Assembly (NCBI GenBank): GCA_021839245.1
Contig: JAKCBQ010000003.1
Coordinates: forward strand, 13,970-77,969
Direction of reading: 5' to 3'
DNA: 64,000 bases
Source of the DNA: Pseudomonadota bacterium
Lineage (GTDB): Bacteria; Pseudomonadota; Gammaproteobacteria; JAKAQQ01
The notes under the pieces are model-generated. The model did not search any database. It saw only the letters and a program-made list of their open reading frames with translations, and was not told the origin of the DNA. Both the position numbers and the translations under genes were made by a program. Shown here piece after piece: positions 10,292 to 20,300 of the stretch (the first letter of the stretch is position 1; the number at the start of each line of letters is the position of its first letter).

Positions 10292-13200
10292 GTGAGTTTC
10301 TCGACTCCTTTCATCAAACGCCCCGTCGGCACCACGCTTCTCGCCCTGGGGGTCCTCCTCGCAGGGATCATGGCCTACCCGCTTCTCCCGGTGGCGGCGG
10401 TGCCCAGCATTCCGATCCCCGGCATCGTGGTCTTCGCCTCTGAGCCGGGTGCGAGCCCGCAAGTGATGGCCAACACGGTCGCCGCACCTCTGGAACACAC
10501 CCTTGGACTGATTCCCGGGCTCGATCTCGTTCGATCCATCAGTTCGCTCGGCTCGACCAACATCATCCTTCTCTTCGGAACGAACACCAACATCAATGCG
10601 GACGCGCATGCGGTCCAGGCCGGCATCGACGCCGCGCTGCCCAACCTGCCGTCCGGGATGCCCAATCTCCCGTTTTACCGTGAGTTCAATCCGGCTTCCC
10701 GTCCGATTCTCACGATGTTCCTCTCGTCGCGCACGATGTCCCGACGCGAGATCTACGATTTCGCCGACACCGTGCTTCTGCAGAAACTCTCTCAGGTCAA
10801 GGGCGTCGCGGAGGTCAATCTCTACGGCGGGCAACTGCCGGCCGTGCGTATCCGGTTCTACCCCCACGCCCTGGCGTCCGCCGGTCTGGCCCCCACCGAT
10901 ATCTTCAATGCGGTCCGAACCTCCAACGTCCTGGGACCTCTGGGCACCCTCGAAGGTCCCAGGCGAGGATACATCCTGGGCCTCAACCAGCAGCTGGACC
11001 GGGCGTCGCAGTACCGGCGCATCCCGCTTGCCGCCGGCGGAGGGACTCTTCTCCGTCTCGGACAAGTGGCCTCCGTCGTCAACAGTGTCGCCAACACACA
11101 GCTCGCCGCCACCAACGGGCGTGAACCCGGGATCATGATCGCCGTCACCAAGACCCCTTCCGCGAACGTGATCCGCACGGTCCAGGGCATCAAACGACAA
11201 CTGCCAACCATCGAGCGGCTCATGCCGCCGGCGATCCATCTCAAGATCATGACCGACCGGACGACCACGATCCGCGCCAGCATCGCCGACATCGAGATCA
11301 CGCTGATCATCACCCTGTTTCTTGTGCTCCTGGTCGTCGCGATGTTCATGCGCCGCGGAGCTCCGACCCTGGCCGCGGCGGTGACCGTCCCGTTGGCAAT
11401 CGCCGGCACGTTGGCCGCCATGTGGGCGCTCGGCTATTCGCTCGACAACTTCTCGCTTCTCGCGCTCACGATCGCGATCACTTTCGTCATCGACGACGCC
11501 ATCGTCATGATCGAAAACATCGTCGGTCACCACGAACGCGGACTCCCCGTCATGGACGCCGCCCTGCAAGGGGCGCGGCAGATCGGTTTCACGGTGGCGT
11601 CGATCACGCTGTCTCTCATGGTGGTGTTTCTTCCCCTGGTCCTCATGGGAGGGATCGTCGGAGGGATCTTTCACGAGTTTGCGATGACGTTGATCCTCTC
11701 CATCGCCATCTCCGGCCTAGCCTCCCTCACGGTCACCCCGATGATCTGTGCGCATCTCATGAAGGATCAGGAACCCGCGCCAAGACCCGAAAGTGCCCTC
11801 GTCCGTCGCGTCGGTCAACTCTACCGGGCGATTCTCGACGGCTACAGCCGCACACTCGACTGGGCCCTCGATCACCAGCGAACCATGCTGGCTCTTTTTG
11901 TGCTGACGCTCGTCGCGACCGTCTTCCTCTACATCAAGGTTCCCAAGTCCTTTTTCCCTGAGGAGGACACGGGGCTTGTCATCGGGCAAACGTTGGCCGC
12001 CCCGAATGTTTCGTTCCAGCGCATGAAAAAGCTCCAGACACAGGTCGTGAACATTGTCCGCAAGGATCCGGCCGTGGCGACCGTCACCTCGAGCGTGGGG
12101 GTCACCAACGGATTCACCAGCGCCAACCGCGGCACGATGTTCATCGGCCTCAAGCCCGAACGTGCGCGTCGCGAGTCCGGAAAACTCGTCGTGCTCAACC
12201 TCGAGCACAAACTGGACAAAATCCCCGGCGTCCGCGTCTTTCTTTTTATCGCTCAGGATCTCTTTTTTGGCGGCCAGAGCTCCGCTGGCTCGTACAGTTT
12301 CTCCGTTCTCGATCCTTCCTACGCGTCTTTGAACCGCATCACGCAACGCATCGTGAAGCGGCTGAAAACGATGCATTCCATCTACAACGTTTCGACCAAT
12401 CTCGACCGCGCCGAGCGGGAGATCATGGTGCACATCGATCGCGCGGCGGCTGCTCGGCTTGGGGTGAGCGTCGCCGCCGTGGACGCCGCGCTCGGCGAAT
12501 CCTTCGGGCAGCGCCCCATCTCGATCATCCACAAGGCCCAAAACCAGTACCAAGTCATCCTGACGGTCGGCGCCAGCCGCGCCCGATCCCCCGCGGATCT
12601 GTCCAACGTCTATGTGGCGGGACGCTCGGGCCCCGTTCCTCTCCTCGAGGTGGCCCATCTGGAACATGGAACCGCACCGCTTCAGGTGATTCATTTCGAC
12701 GGGATTCCCGAAGGGACGGTCAGCTTCAACCTCAACCCCCACGTCCCACTCGGGACGGCCATCGCCCACGTGCGCAAGGCGATCGCCGGCTTGACCTTGC
12801 CGGCGGGGGTTCGCATCCGTTTCGGCGGCAACGCGAAGTACTTCCTGCGCTCCGTCGAGGACATTCCGCTTCTCATTTTGGCTTCTCTGATCGCGATTTA
12901 CATCGTTCTCGGCGTGCTGTACGAAAGCCTGAGCCAGCCGCTCACGATTCTCTCGACGCTCCCTTCGGCGGGTGTGGGCGCGCTCGTCGCCTTTTTCCTG
13001 ACCGGGACATCGATGTCCGTCATCGGTGTGATTGGCATCTTCCTCTTGATGGGGATCGTCAAGAAAAACGGCATCATGCTCGTGGACTTTGCGCTCGAGG
13101 CCGAGCGTCGCGACGCCCTCTCCCCCAAGGAAGCGATCCGGAAAGCCTGCCTCATCCGATTCCGTCCCATTCTCATGACGACACTCGCCGCCATCCTCGG

Positions 13201-13426
13201 CGCACTGCCGCTCGCGTTTGCGGTGGGGACGGGCTACCAGCTCCGCCGCCCGCTCGGCATTGCGGTCATCGGAGGCCTCCTGGTGAGCCAGGCGATGACG
13301 TTGTACACCACACCCGTCATTTATCTGGCCCTCACGGGATTCGGTAAACGCCGGGCACGGCGCATCGCCGATGTCATGGCGGACAAAAAAGTTCCCAACC
13401 ACCCGGTTCTCTCGGGTGCAAGTTGA
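10292..13426 (+). CDS. mdtC: RND multidrug efflux permease (MdtC-like)
   Basis: 1044 aa. N-terminus MSFSTPFIKRPVGTTLLALGVLLAGIMAYPLLPVAAVPSIP. Second tandem RND permease, as in mdtABC. No outer-membrane factor gene follows. Confidence 0.85.
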   Translation: MSFSTPFIKRPVGTTLLALGVLLAGIMAYPLLPVAAVPSIPIPGIVVFASEPGASPQVMANTVAAPLEHTLGLIPGLDLVRSISSLGSTNIILLFGTNTNINADAHAVQAGIDAALPNLPSGMPNLPFYREFNPASRPILTMFLSSRTMSRREIYDFADTVLLQKLSQVKGVAEVNLYGGQLPAVRIRFYPHALASAGLAPTDIFNAVRTSNVLGPLGTLEGPRRGYILGLNQQLDRASQYRRIPLAAGGGTLLRLGQVASVVNSVANTQLAATNGREPGIMIAVTKTPSANVIRTVQGIKRQLPTIERLMPPAIHLKIMTDRTTTIRASIADIEITLIITLFLVLLVVAMFMRRGAPTLAAAVTVPLAIAGTLAAMWALGYSLDNFSLLALTIAITFVIDDAIVMIENIVGHHERGLPVMDAALQGARQIGFTVASITLSLMVVFLPLVLMGGIVGGIFHEFAMTLILSIAISGLASLTVTPMICAHLMKDQEPAPRPESALVRRVGQLYRAILDGYSRTLDWALDHQRTMLALFVLTLVATVFLYIKVPKSFFPEEDTGLVIGQTLAAPNVSFQRMKKLQTQVVNIVRKDPAVATVTSSVGVTNGFTSANRGTMFIGLKPERARRESGKLVVLNLEHKLDKIPGVRVFLFIAQDLFFGGQSSAGSYSFSVLDPSYASLNRITQRIVKRLKTMHSIYNVSTNLDRAEREIMVHIDRAAAARLGVSVAAVDAALGESFGQRPISIIHKAQNQYQVILTVGASRARSPADLSNVYVAGRSGPVPLLEVAHLEHGTAPLQVIHFDGIPEGTVSFNLNPHVPLGTAIAHVRKAIAGLTLPAGVRIRFGGNAKYFLRSVEDIPLLILASLIAIYIVLGVLYESLSQPLTILSTLPSAGVGALVAFFLTGTSMSVIGVIGIFLLMGIVKKNGIMLVDFALEAERRDALSPKEAIRKACLIRFRPILMTTLAAILGALPLAFAVGTGYQLRRPLGIAVIGGLLVSQAMTLYTTPVIYLALTGFGKRRARRIADVMADKKVPNHPVLSGAS

Positions 13427-13429
13427 CCC

Positions 13430-14860
13430 CCCCCTGGAACGTGAAAGCAACCTGGAAAACGGCCCCGAGCCTGATCCGTGCGGGCTTGATGGGCCCGGCA
13501 AGTCTCGTCTTGTCCCCTGGGCGTAAGCCCGGTAGGCGCCGACCACGGTTGCGGAGTCGGGTGGCCCACCGTGCGCGACTAGAGCTCGATCCACACGGAG
13601 CAGAACCCGCCGCGGGTGAATCCCATCGTCGGCTGATCCCGTTTAGTGCGCAAGGCTTCTCTCTACCCAAGACGATCATGCCTCAAGATACTCCGACAGG
13701 GATACCAGGACGCCTGCCGAGACGTGTTCAGGCGATGACCGAAGTCTACCTTCGTTAGCCTCATAGGAGGCGACGGAGATAGACCATAAACCGCTCGTAA
13801 CTCCTGAGGCCTTTGCTGGCGATCCACTCCTCCTTGAGCTGCTCCGAGCTACTCCAAGTCCGGTACCTGCAACAGACCGGTGGGCATAAAATGCTCGGCC
13901 GATCCGGCCTCCCCGAAACGTGGCCCGTGAGGGTCGGTGTGCGTTTTCAGCCAGGAAGACGTGAAAACATGACCGGTGAGTCCAGCCTCCCGCCGGAGCA
14001 GTCACCACCGGGTGCACTCTCCTCGGTTGAACTGGACCGGAACCACCAAGGGTAGGACAGGTCCGCGGTCCGAACGTGGACACTTGCGCCAGATCCCCAA
14101 GAACACGCTCGCGTTTGGGCCCCATTGAGACATGGGCGGAAAGCCCAAAATGCCCTCGATGGTCACGACGATATTGACCTGGGAGTGAGGGCTGTGTCGA
14201 GGTCTCCAGATTTGATCCAGGGACCCATGGCCAGCGCGAAGGTGCGGTGGGTGTTGATATGATCGGCCCCGGACTGGGCCTCATCTTTAGTTCAAGACAC
14301 CACCATCCGCTTCCACTCGGACGTGGCGGAAAGGTAATGGAGAAAGTACGAACCCCCCGCCCGGCGCCCTCTCCGCCCCGCACAAGGTGATGGCGATCTC
14401 GGCGAGCGCATGGCCCGCGCTGCCGCACGCACGCCCACGGCGATCCCGTGCTCCTGATAGGCACCGATTGACCGACACTCGACGTGTCGATCCTGCGCCG
14501 GATCGTCGAGGACATGAACCATGTGGAAGCCGCTCTTGTGCCCGCGCACAACAGCGGCTACGTGGCTCTCAGCCTCAGGCAATTCGATCCCTCACTCTTC
14601 ACCAACATCGCCTGGGAAAGCCCACCCGTCGCGTCGGTGCCCCGTGCACAGCTCGCCCGGTTTGGCTGGACGTTCCGGGAACTCCCCGCACTCACCGAGA
14701 TCGACGAGCCCCAAGACTCGGGGACTCTGCCCGCAGACTGGATCGGGAATAGCGACGCCCGGGAGTGACGCAATGATCCTGCGGCCACAACCTGCCACGA
14801 GGTCGATGCAAGACATTGCCCTGTGTAGACTCTCCCACGGATTCTCTCACCACGGCTCAT
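13430..14860. other. ORF-free, apparently decayed region (pseudogene remnants or structured RNA)
   Basis: 1.4 kb with no credible ORF on either strand. Protein-like peptides are scattered across frames (e.g. ILRRIVEDMNHVEAALVPAHNSGYVALSLRQFDPSLF on +; HMVHVLDDPAQDRHVECRSIGAYQEHGIAVGV on -), separated by stops and frameshifts. Confidence 0.3.
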
Positions 14861-15465
14861 TAGGGGAACGACATTTCCAGTATGCCCTGACCAAAGGTTG
14901 TCACATAAAGATCGTTCTTCGTCCATAGCAGATCGGTAAACGCATCAGAAACGGCGTTTCCCTGAATACGGGTCCAATGCGCCCCGGCGTCGCTCGATAA
15001 GTACAACCCGTCCTCCGTTGACACGCCGACGATTCCCGGATCGTAGGGATCGAACTTGATGAAGGAGACCGGGTTCTCGACACCGTAGCTGACGGCCGGC
15101 AGGTTGAGATCCAAAGCGAAGCTCTGGCCTCCGTCCGTGCTTCTCCAGATTCCCATCTGGCAGCAGGACATTCCCAAGAGGACGATCGACGGATTCGTGG
15201 GGTCGACGGCGAGCGTGTCGGGAGCGCCGCAACATACGTAGTCGGAAATACTGGCTTGAGTCCAGGTCTGCCCGCCGTTTTGCGTCACATATAGGGCCGC
15301 CGGACTCTGATTGCCTACGAAAATGATGTTGCTGTTCGCCGGGTCCACCGCTACCATCCACGAATGCGGCATGGGCCAGGGTTCTTGCGTCCAGATGGCA
15401 CCATAATCCGTGCTGACAAAGACGCCGTTGGCTGCGGCGACGTACACTGTGGCTGGGTTGTTGGG
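14860..15465 (-). pseudogene. 3' fragment of a BNR/Asp-box repeat (sialidase-like / Ycf48-like) protein gene, truncated at the islet junction
   Basis: Translation shows BNR repeats (VSTDYGAIWT, TQNGGQTWTQ, RSTDGGQSF, SSDAGAHWT), paralogous to the 577-aa protein at 24185-25918. The reading frame loses similarity upstream of ~15465 and runs into the attL-like repeat. Confidence 0.5.
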
Positions 15466-15524
15466 ACACTCCGTTTTCAAAAATAGTTCCTTGATAATCA
15501 GTGCGATACAATACTCAAGCGCAC

Positions 15525-15550
15525 GCTTTTTGTACCACAGTTTTGTACCG
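15525..15550. repeat. left boundary repeat GCTTTTTGTACCAC-AG-TTTTGTACCG (attL-like)
   Basis: Both sub-repeats recur at 24119-24143 in swapped order. GC content drops sharply just to the right of this point. Confidence 0.4.
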
Positions 15551-15930
15551 CTCTTCCACGGCACGAACCTCAGCTTAGTGCCTTTACGATAATGATTCAA
15601 CCTCGATACATGCGTCCACCAACTTTGCCACCCCTCCCCCGATCCATCAAAGTACATCCGAAGGGGGATGGCCGGCCTCAGACGATGACTCCTGGGCAGC
15701 GTAACCGGACGTCCAGCGGACCGTTCATCGCGTTCTCATAACTCGTCAATTATTCAGGAAATCGCGACAGTATTTTGAGCGGGGATTACGAGAATCTTAA
15801 CTACATGATTCTTATACAGGAAATTATCAGTATCCTACCCCTCTCAAAAAGGTTGGTTGGGAGAACGTCACAATGGCAGATGGGGTAAGCTGGATTTGCG
15901 GCGTTTGCGATGAGTATTATGTTTTAAGTG

Positions 15931-16404
15931 CTAGTGCGGATGTACGATAGTACCATCCTGTTTACGGGCTACCCATCCATTTGTTTCATTGGTGAAAATT
16001 AGGGCTTCTCCTTTCTCAACCGTCCAGCTTGGTGTTCTTCCTGACCAGATTATTTCGCCATTAGTAAAATTGGAAGAAAAATCTGTAACTTTTATTTTGA
16101 ATGAGTGCTCTTCATTTTCAATAATGCATATTTCACTAACATCTTGCAGTAGCAAACATTGTTTTTCTATATGAGGCTTTATAGCAATATTATCAGCCCG
16201 GCTAGGGTGAGCTACAGAAGGGTAGACAACAGCGCCAAATGGTTCTCCGTAATCTTCATTTGCAATCTTGATTTTCCCCGTAGTAAGTTTTTGTGCTATT
16301 GCCGATGTTATTTTATATTGCTCAGAAAACGTCTCATGAACTGGCCGGCTAAATATTGTCTCAAAAAATGTTTCTATTCTTGAGAAAACTGGATCTTGTT
16401 TCAT
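15931..16404 (-). CDS. hypothetical protein (157 aa), AT-rich islet cargo
   Basis: Clean ORF co-oriented with, and downstream of, the RM gene. No recognisable motifs. AT-rich codon usage is foreign to the host. Confidence 0.4.
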   Translation of the reverse strand: MKQDPVFSRIETFFETIFSRPVHETFSEQYKITSAIAQKLTTGKIKIANEDYGEPFGAVVYPSVAHPSRADNIAIKPHIEKQCLLLQDVSEICIIENEEHSFKIKVTDFSSNFTNGEIIWSGRTPSWTVEKGEALIFTNETNGWVARKQDGTIVHPH

Positions 16405-16450
16405 CTCTTCTGGAGATTCTGGAGGTATTCTGAAAGCTAAGAAACGTTTT

Positions 16451-16687
16451 TCAGTAACCCATTTTGATTAGGTAAACTTTATCTCCACGATTAGCGCCAA
16501 TTTCTGAAAGTACAGCGCCGATATAGCACCCAGCATAGAACATCGGATCTCCAGGAGCGTTGCAGCGTTGATAACCAGTCACTTTTTCTGGAGGTGGGCT
16601 GCCAAGAAAGCAAACTTCTTTTGGTTTATTTTTGTAACTAATAGCTCGGTAAAAAGTAATTCCTTTTTCAATAAAAAATGCGCGCAT
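16451..16687 (-). CDS. hypothetical protein (78 aa), AT-rich islet cargo
   Basis: ORF lying between the RM gene and the 157-aa ORF, in the same orientation. No recognisable motifs. Confidence 0.35.
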   Translation of the reverse strand: MRAFFIEKGITFYRAISYKNKPKEVCFLGSPPPEKVTGYQRCNAPGDPMFYAGCYIGAVLSEIGANRGDKVYLIKMGY

Positions 16688-16694
16688 TTGAACT

Positions 16695-16814
16695 CTATGT
16701 TATCAATTTTTCTATTTGATTAAATAGATAGTTATAGTCAGCAGATTTTAGGTTTGCTCTATTTAGATTTTTTATTATCATTTGTGCTTCAAGGCTGGTT
16801 AGTTTTTTTGCCAT
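16695..16814 (-). CDS. possible small ORF (39 aa) immediately after the RM gene stop
   Basis: An internal ATG (MAKKLTSLEAQMIIKNLNR...) within track ORF 16695-16952 starts 14 nt after the RM stop, with an AGGT 5 nt upstream. Very tentative. Confidence 0.2.
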   Translation of the reverse strand: MAKKLTSLEAQMIIKNLNRANLKSADYNYLFNQIEKLIT

Positions 16815-16827
16815 TTTATACCTGTAA

Positions 16828-19584
16828 TTAAGATTTTCTTTTTTCTGTTCCCAGTGGGAGCTGGGTCTTAATAATTTGTTGGTACTTTTCAAACAGAAAT
16901 GCAACTCGGTCGGCATCGCCGACAAACGTCCTTCTTCCATAAGCTGCATCAACAGCCCGATCCATGGCCTGATGAGCTTGTACTAATGCTGGAGGCATGG
17001 CTAATGGATCATAGAGATCCGCTAATGATGATTCCAAGAATTGTGCCCGTGCATCCAATACTGATTGTGCGGCATCCTCTATGGCTATAAGCTGTCTTTC
17101 TGTTGGCGTCCCAGGCCATGGGAAGTTATTGTAGACAATACCTGCAGAATATTGATATCGACTTTCTAACCGTCCTGCAACAGCGCGCATCCAAGCCATG
17201 TGCATAGTCGATTGCAAGACACCAAAATGGAAAAGATTAGCTCCGGGCACGATGAGGCAGCTTCCGCTGGCAATCACCGTTGCTGCCATGAACCCTATAG
17301 GCATAATAGGACGATTTTCCGATGACACCTTAGCAATCAACAAATATCTGTTGTCAGGCTGGCGAATTTCGCCAAACAAGGCTGGTGTAGCCGCTAGCGA
17401 GACCGTCTCCTTGCGGCTACTAGCCTCCCTAAATGCTCGCACACGGCTAATGCGCTCCCGTAAAAACGGTGAATGGCGTAGGAGTTGTGGTGGGGCATCT
17501 GATAACCAAAGACACCATCGTTGCGTGTTATTGAGAAACTCCTCCCCTCCGACATATGGCCTGATGAAGGGACCGATTTGCGGTTCCGCAGCTATGGCCA
17601 CATTCCGCTCTTCCGTGCTTAAAATAAGATGGCCATCATCAATTGGCATACTGCCGTAGTTGATGTTCGGGGTGGAAGGAGCTAAGGGGCGACTACGTTT
17701 GGATAGGACTACATCTACAGCATCAACTAGGTAGGGATTGATGTTCCGAGCCTCCACTGGATGAGGTTCGCCATCGATCTTTTCGTAGTCGTAGATCACT
17801 CGCCGCGTCGGATCGCTGGGGCCAAAGCCGATGATGACGCAATGCACCGCCGCCTTGCCGCGCCCTTCGTTGCTCCATTTAAAGGTGCGATGGGCAAAGT
17901 GGATTTTCATGCCTCTAACCCACAGGTGCGGCCAGAGAACGCCAGGCTGCTCTCCCTGGGTTATGGAGTTTGTGGAGACGAAGGCGGCGCTCATGGATGT
18001 GCCCTGCATGAACTCCGCCGCCTTGCGGTACCACGCAGTCACATAGTCGAGGACACCAGCTCCCTTGACGCCGTGCATGACCGCCAAAAACTCTGCCTTC
18101 TGGGCTTTGCTTTGCTCTTTTTTACCCACAAAAGGTGGATTGCCGAGGATGTAACTCACCTGCTCACGGGGAACCACTGTGCCCCAGTCCAGCGTGAGGG
18201 CGTTGTCATTGACGATATGGGCGCTGGTAGTCAGGGGCAGGCGGGCGTAATACTGCCCGAACTCCTCGCTGACACGCTGATTCATCTGGTGATCAGTCAG
18301 CCAGAGAGCCACCTGTGCGATCTGGGCGGGAAACTCTTCGATCTCGATACCGAAGCACTGGTCCACGTTGACCTGGATGAGATGAAAAATATCCAGGGCG
18401 AGTTGTCCGTTATCGCGGAGCAGGCGCAGGATCTCCAGCTCCAACAGGCGCAACTCCCGATAGGCCACCACTAAGAAGTTTCCGCAGCCGCAGGCCGGAT
18501 CGAAGAGTTTCAGCTCACGCAGTTTGTGTTGCAGAGCTGTGAGTTTGTGGGCGTTACCTTTGGCAGCGGCGAACTCCCTATGCAGATCATCCAGGAACAA
18601 TGGCTTGATGAGTTTGAGAATGTTGGTTTCTGATGTGTAGTGAGCGCCCAGATTGCGGCGGGCGGCGGGGTCCATGATGCTCTGAAATAAACCACCGAAG
18701 ATGGCTGGGCTTATCCGGCCCCAGTCTAAGGCACAGGCATCCAGCAGCTCGATGCGCATGGCAGCATTAAAGGCTGGGATGGGAAGAATTTCGGCGAAAA
18801 GTCTGCCGTTTACATAGGGGAAGGCGGACAAGCGTTCGTCGATGCTCTTTTGACGAGCTTCGGGCTGTGTGTTGAGTATCTGGAAAAGCTCTGTGAGCTT
18901 CGGGCCAAGGTCACGACCATCTTCCTGAGTTTCTTGTTCCACCCATTCCCGAAATGCCTGGGCGGGCTGAAAAAGTCCTGTGTCATCAGCGAAGAGGCAG
19001 AACAGGAGGCGAACCAGCAAAACTTCCAGGGGGTGACCTGTGTAGCCAGAACCCTTGAGCCGATCATGGAGGCGGCCCATGCGCTCGGCGGCATGAATGT
19101 TGACCGGATCCTGTGGCCGAATGGCCTGACTCTGATAACCCGCGATGAAACCAAATAACCGAATGTGCTTGTGCAGGTCGGAGAGGAGAAATTCCCATTG
19201 CTGGTCTGTCTCTAGGTCAAAGAGACGCATCCTGGCGAAGTCGCTCACCAGGACGTAGCGCGGGAGGTCACGTTCTGGAATGCCTGGGAAGTAGTCGATA
19301 GCTTGGGCATATGCCCGGTTCAGATCTCTACCTCTTGACTTGTGCTCTACCAGAAGCATGCCTTTCCAGAATAGATCGATGAATCCTGTCGAGATGCGCC
19401 CACCGTCACTACGTTGTTTGACCGGAGCCTCGAAGCTCGCCAAACGCCGACGTGTGACGCCAAAGACATTGAAAAAGGCGTCCCAGAAGGTCTTGGCCTC
19501 GGCGTCCTCGCTGCGTTCTGTCGCCCAATCGCGGGAGAATGCCGTGGCGCGGTCGCGGATTTCGTTCCAGGAAATGGGAGGCAT
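16828..19584 (-). CDS. MmeI-family Type IIL (IIG) restriction-modification enzyme: fused endonuclease, N6-adenine methyltransferase and target-recognition domain
   Basis: 918 aa from MPPISWNEIR. The recalled MmeI sequence aligns block-for-block in the N-terminal nuclease and methyltransferase halves. PD-(D/E)XK motif GFIDLFWKGMLLVEHKSRG. Motif I LFDPACGCGNFLV; motif IV ILGNPPF. The C-terminal target-recognition region diverges from MmeI. Confidence 0.85.
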   Translation of the reverse strand: MPPISWNEIRDRATAFSRDWATERSEDAEAKTFWDAFFNVFGVTRRRLASFEAPVKQRSDGGRISTGFIDLFWKGMLLVEHKSRGRDLNRAYAQAIDYFPGIPERDLPRYVLVSDFARMRLFDLETDQQWEFLLSDLHKHIRLFGFIAGYQSQAIRPQDPVNIHAAERMGRLHDRLKGSGYTGHPLEVLLVRLLFCLFADDTGLFQPAQAFREWVEQETQEDGRDLGPKLTELFQILNTQPEARQKSIDERLSAFPYVNGRLFAEILPIPAFNAAMRIELLDACALDWGRISPAIFGGLFQSIMDPAARRNLGAHYTSETNILKLIKPLFLDDLHREFAAAKGNAHKLTALQHKLRELKLFDPACGCGNFLVVAYRELRLLELEILRLLRDNGQLALDIFHLIQVNVDQCFGIEIEEFPAQIAQVALWLTDHQMNQRVSEEFGQYYARLPLTTSAHIVNDNALTLDWGTVVPREQVSYILGNPPFVGKKEQSKAQKAEFLAVMHGVKGAGVLDYVTAWYRKAAEFMQGTSMSAAFVSTNSITQGEQPGVLWPHLWVRGMKIHFAHRTFKWSNEGRGKAAVHCVIIGFGPSDPTRRVIYDYEKIDGEPHPVEARNINPYLVDAVDVVLSKRSRPLAPSTPNINYGSMPIDDGHLILSTEERNVAIAAEPQIGPFIRPYVGGEEFLNNTQRWCLWLSDAPPQLLRHSPFLRERISRVRAFREASSRKETVSLAATPALFGEIRQPDNRYLLIAKVSSENRPIMPIGFMAATVIASGSCLIVPGANLFHFGVLQSTMHMAWMRAVAGRLESRYQYSAGIVYNNFPWPGTPTERQLIAIEDAAQSVLDARAQFLESSLADLYDPLAMPPALVQAHQAMDRAVDAAYGRRTFVGDADRVAFLFEKYQQIIKTQLPLGTEKRKS

Positions 19585-19836
19585 TATACTGGAAACCCGT
19601 ACTTCATGGCGGGAATGGAGGTAATTTTGACCAACATTTTGTTTTACCCGAAAAATATCCTGTAGAAGCGAGGATATCACGAACCTCGGGAGTTATGAGT
19701 GAGATAGGCGCTTGAAGGTTGATCGATCTGCATTTTGATCCGTGTTTTCGCGGTATGGCAAGGTAGAACGCTTTGTTTCCGCAGCCATGTTCTGAGAGTA
19801 ACCCAGGTATGGGCTTCCTATCCGGCCCCAAAGCGT

Positions 19837-19864
19837 AAAGCCCATGGAAGTATTCATGGGCTTT
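19837..19864. promoter_or_regulatory. perfect 10-bp inverted repeat AAAGCCCATG-N8-CATGGGCTTT, about 250 nt upstream of the RM gene
   Basis: Seen directly. Sits in the 715-nt ORF-free leader of the RM gene. Could be an operator, or a terminator for the upstream gene. Confidence 0.3.
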
Positions 19865-20300
19865 GTTCAATCAATTAGACCTTTTGCATCATTCTGTCCC
19901 GTAGCGAGCCCTCAACACCGATTGTGGTTGTTTGTTTTTACTTCGTTTTTCATTAGGATGCAGCATGAGACAAAAACAATGAAACTTCCTCCTTCAGCCT
20001 GGGCACGCACAAGGGCTTGGGTAACCCATCCGCATGACCGCTCGCAGTCTCAAGCGCCATGCTCCAACTAGAGGATATCCGCTAGACTCCCCTGCCGGCA
20101 ACCACCTGAGGCGCACGGCGCCGAACTTGGCTGGCAGACCGATCCACTTTGTAAACCATGAACCCTTGCACAGGTCACTCATGATCCGTCGAGGTCACCT
20201 GCGAAGAGATCTATGCGCTGATCGCCACTGCTCAAGTTCACTGCTTCAGTATACGCAGTACCACGACCCAGCGGAAGCAGTGGGCATCTCAGGATAAGCT

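Noticed and set aside
13676-14551. 291-aa minus-strand ORF in the decayed region after mdtC
   Set aside because: Arg/Ser/Gly/Pro-rich with no domain-like segments. It overlaps peptide fragments in other frames, so it is more likely a chance open frame across a pseudogene remnant.
19604-19870. 88-aa minus-strand ORF overlapping the RM gene start
   Set aside because: It overlaps the true MmeI-like N-terminus in another frame, and its start is formed by one arm of the 10-bp palindrome. It is more likely a non-coding leader.
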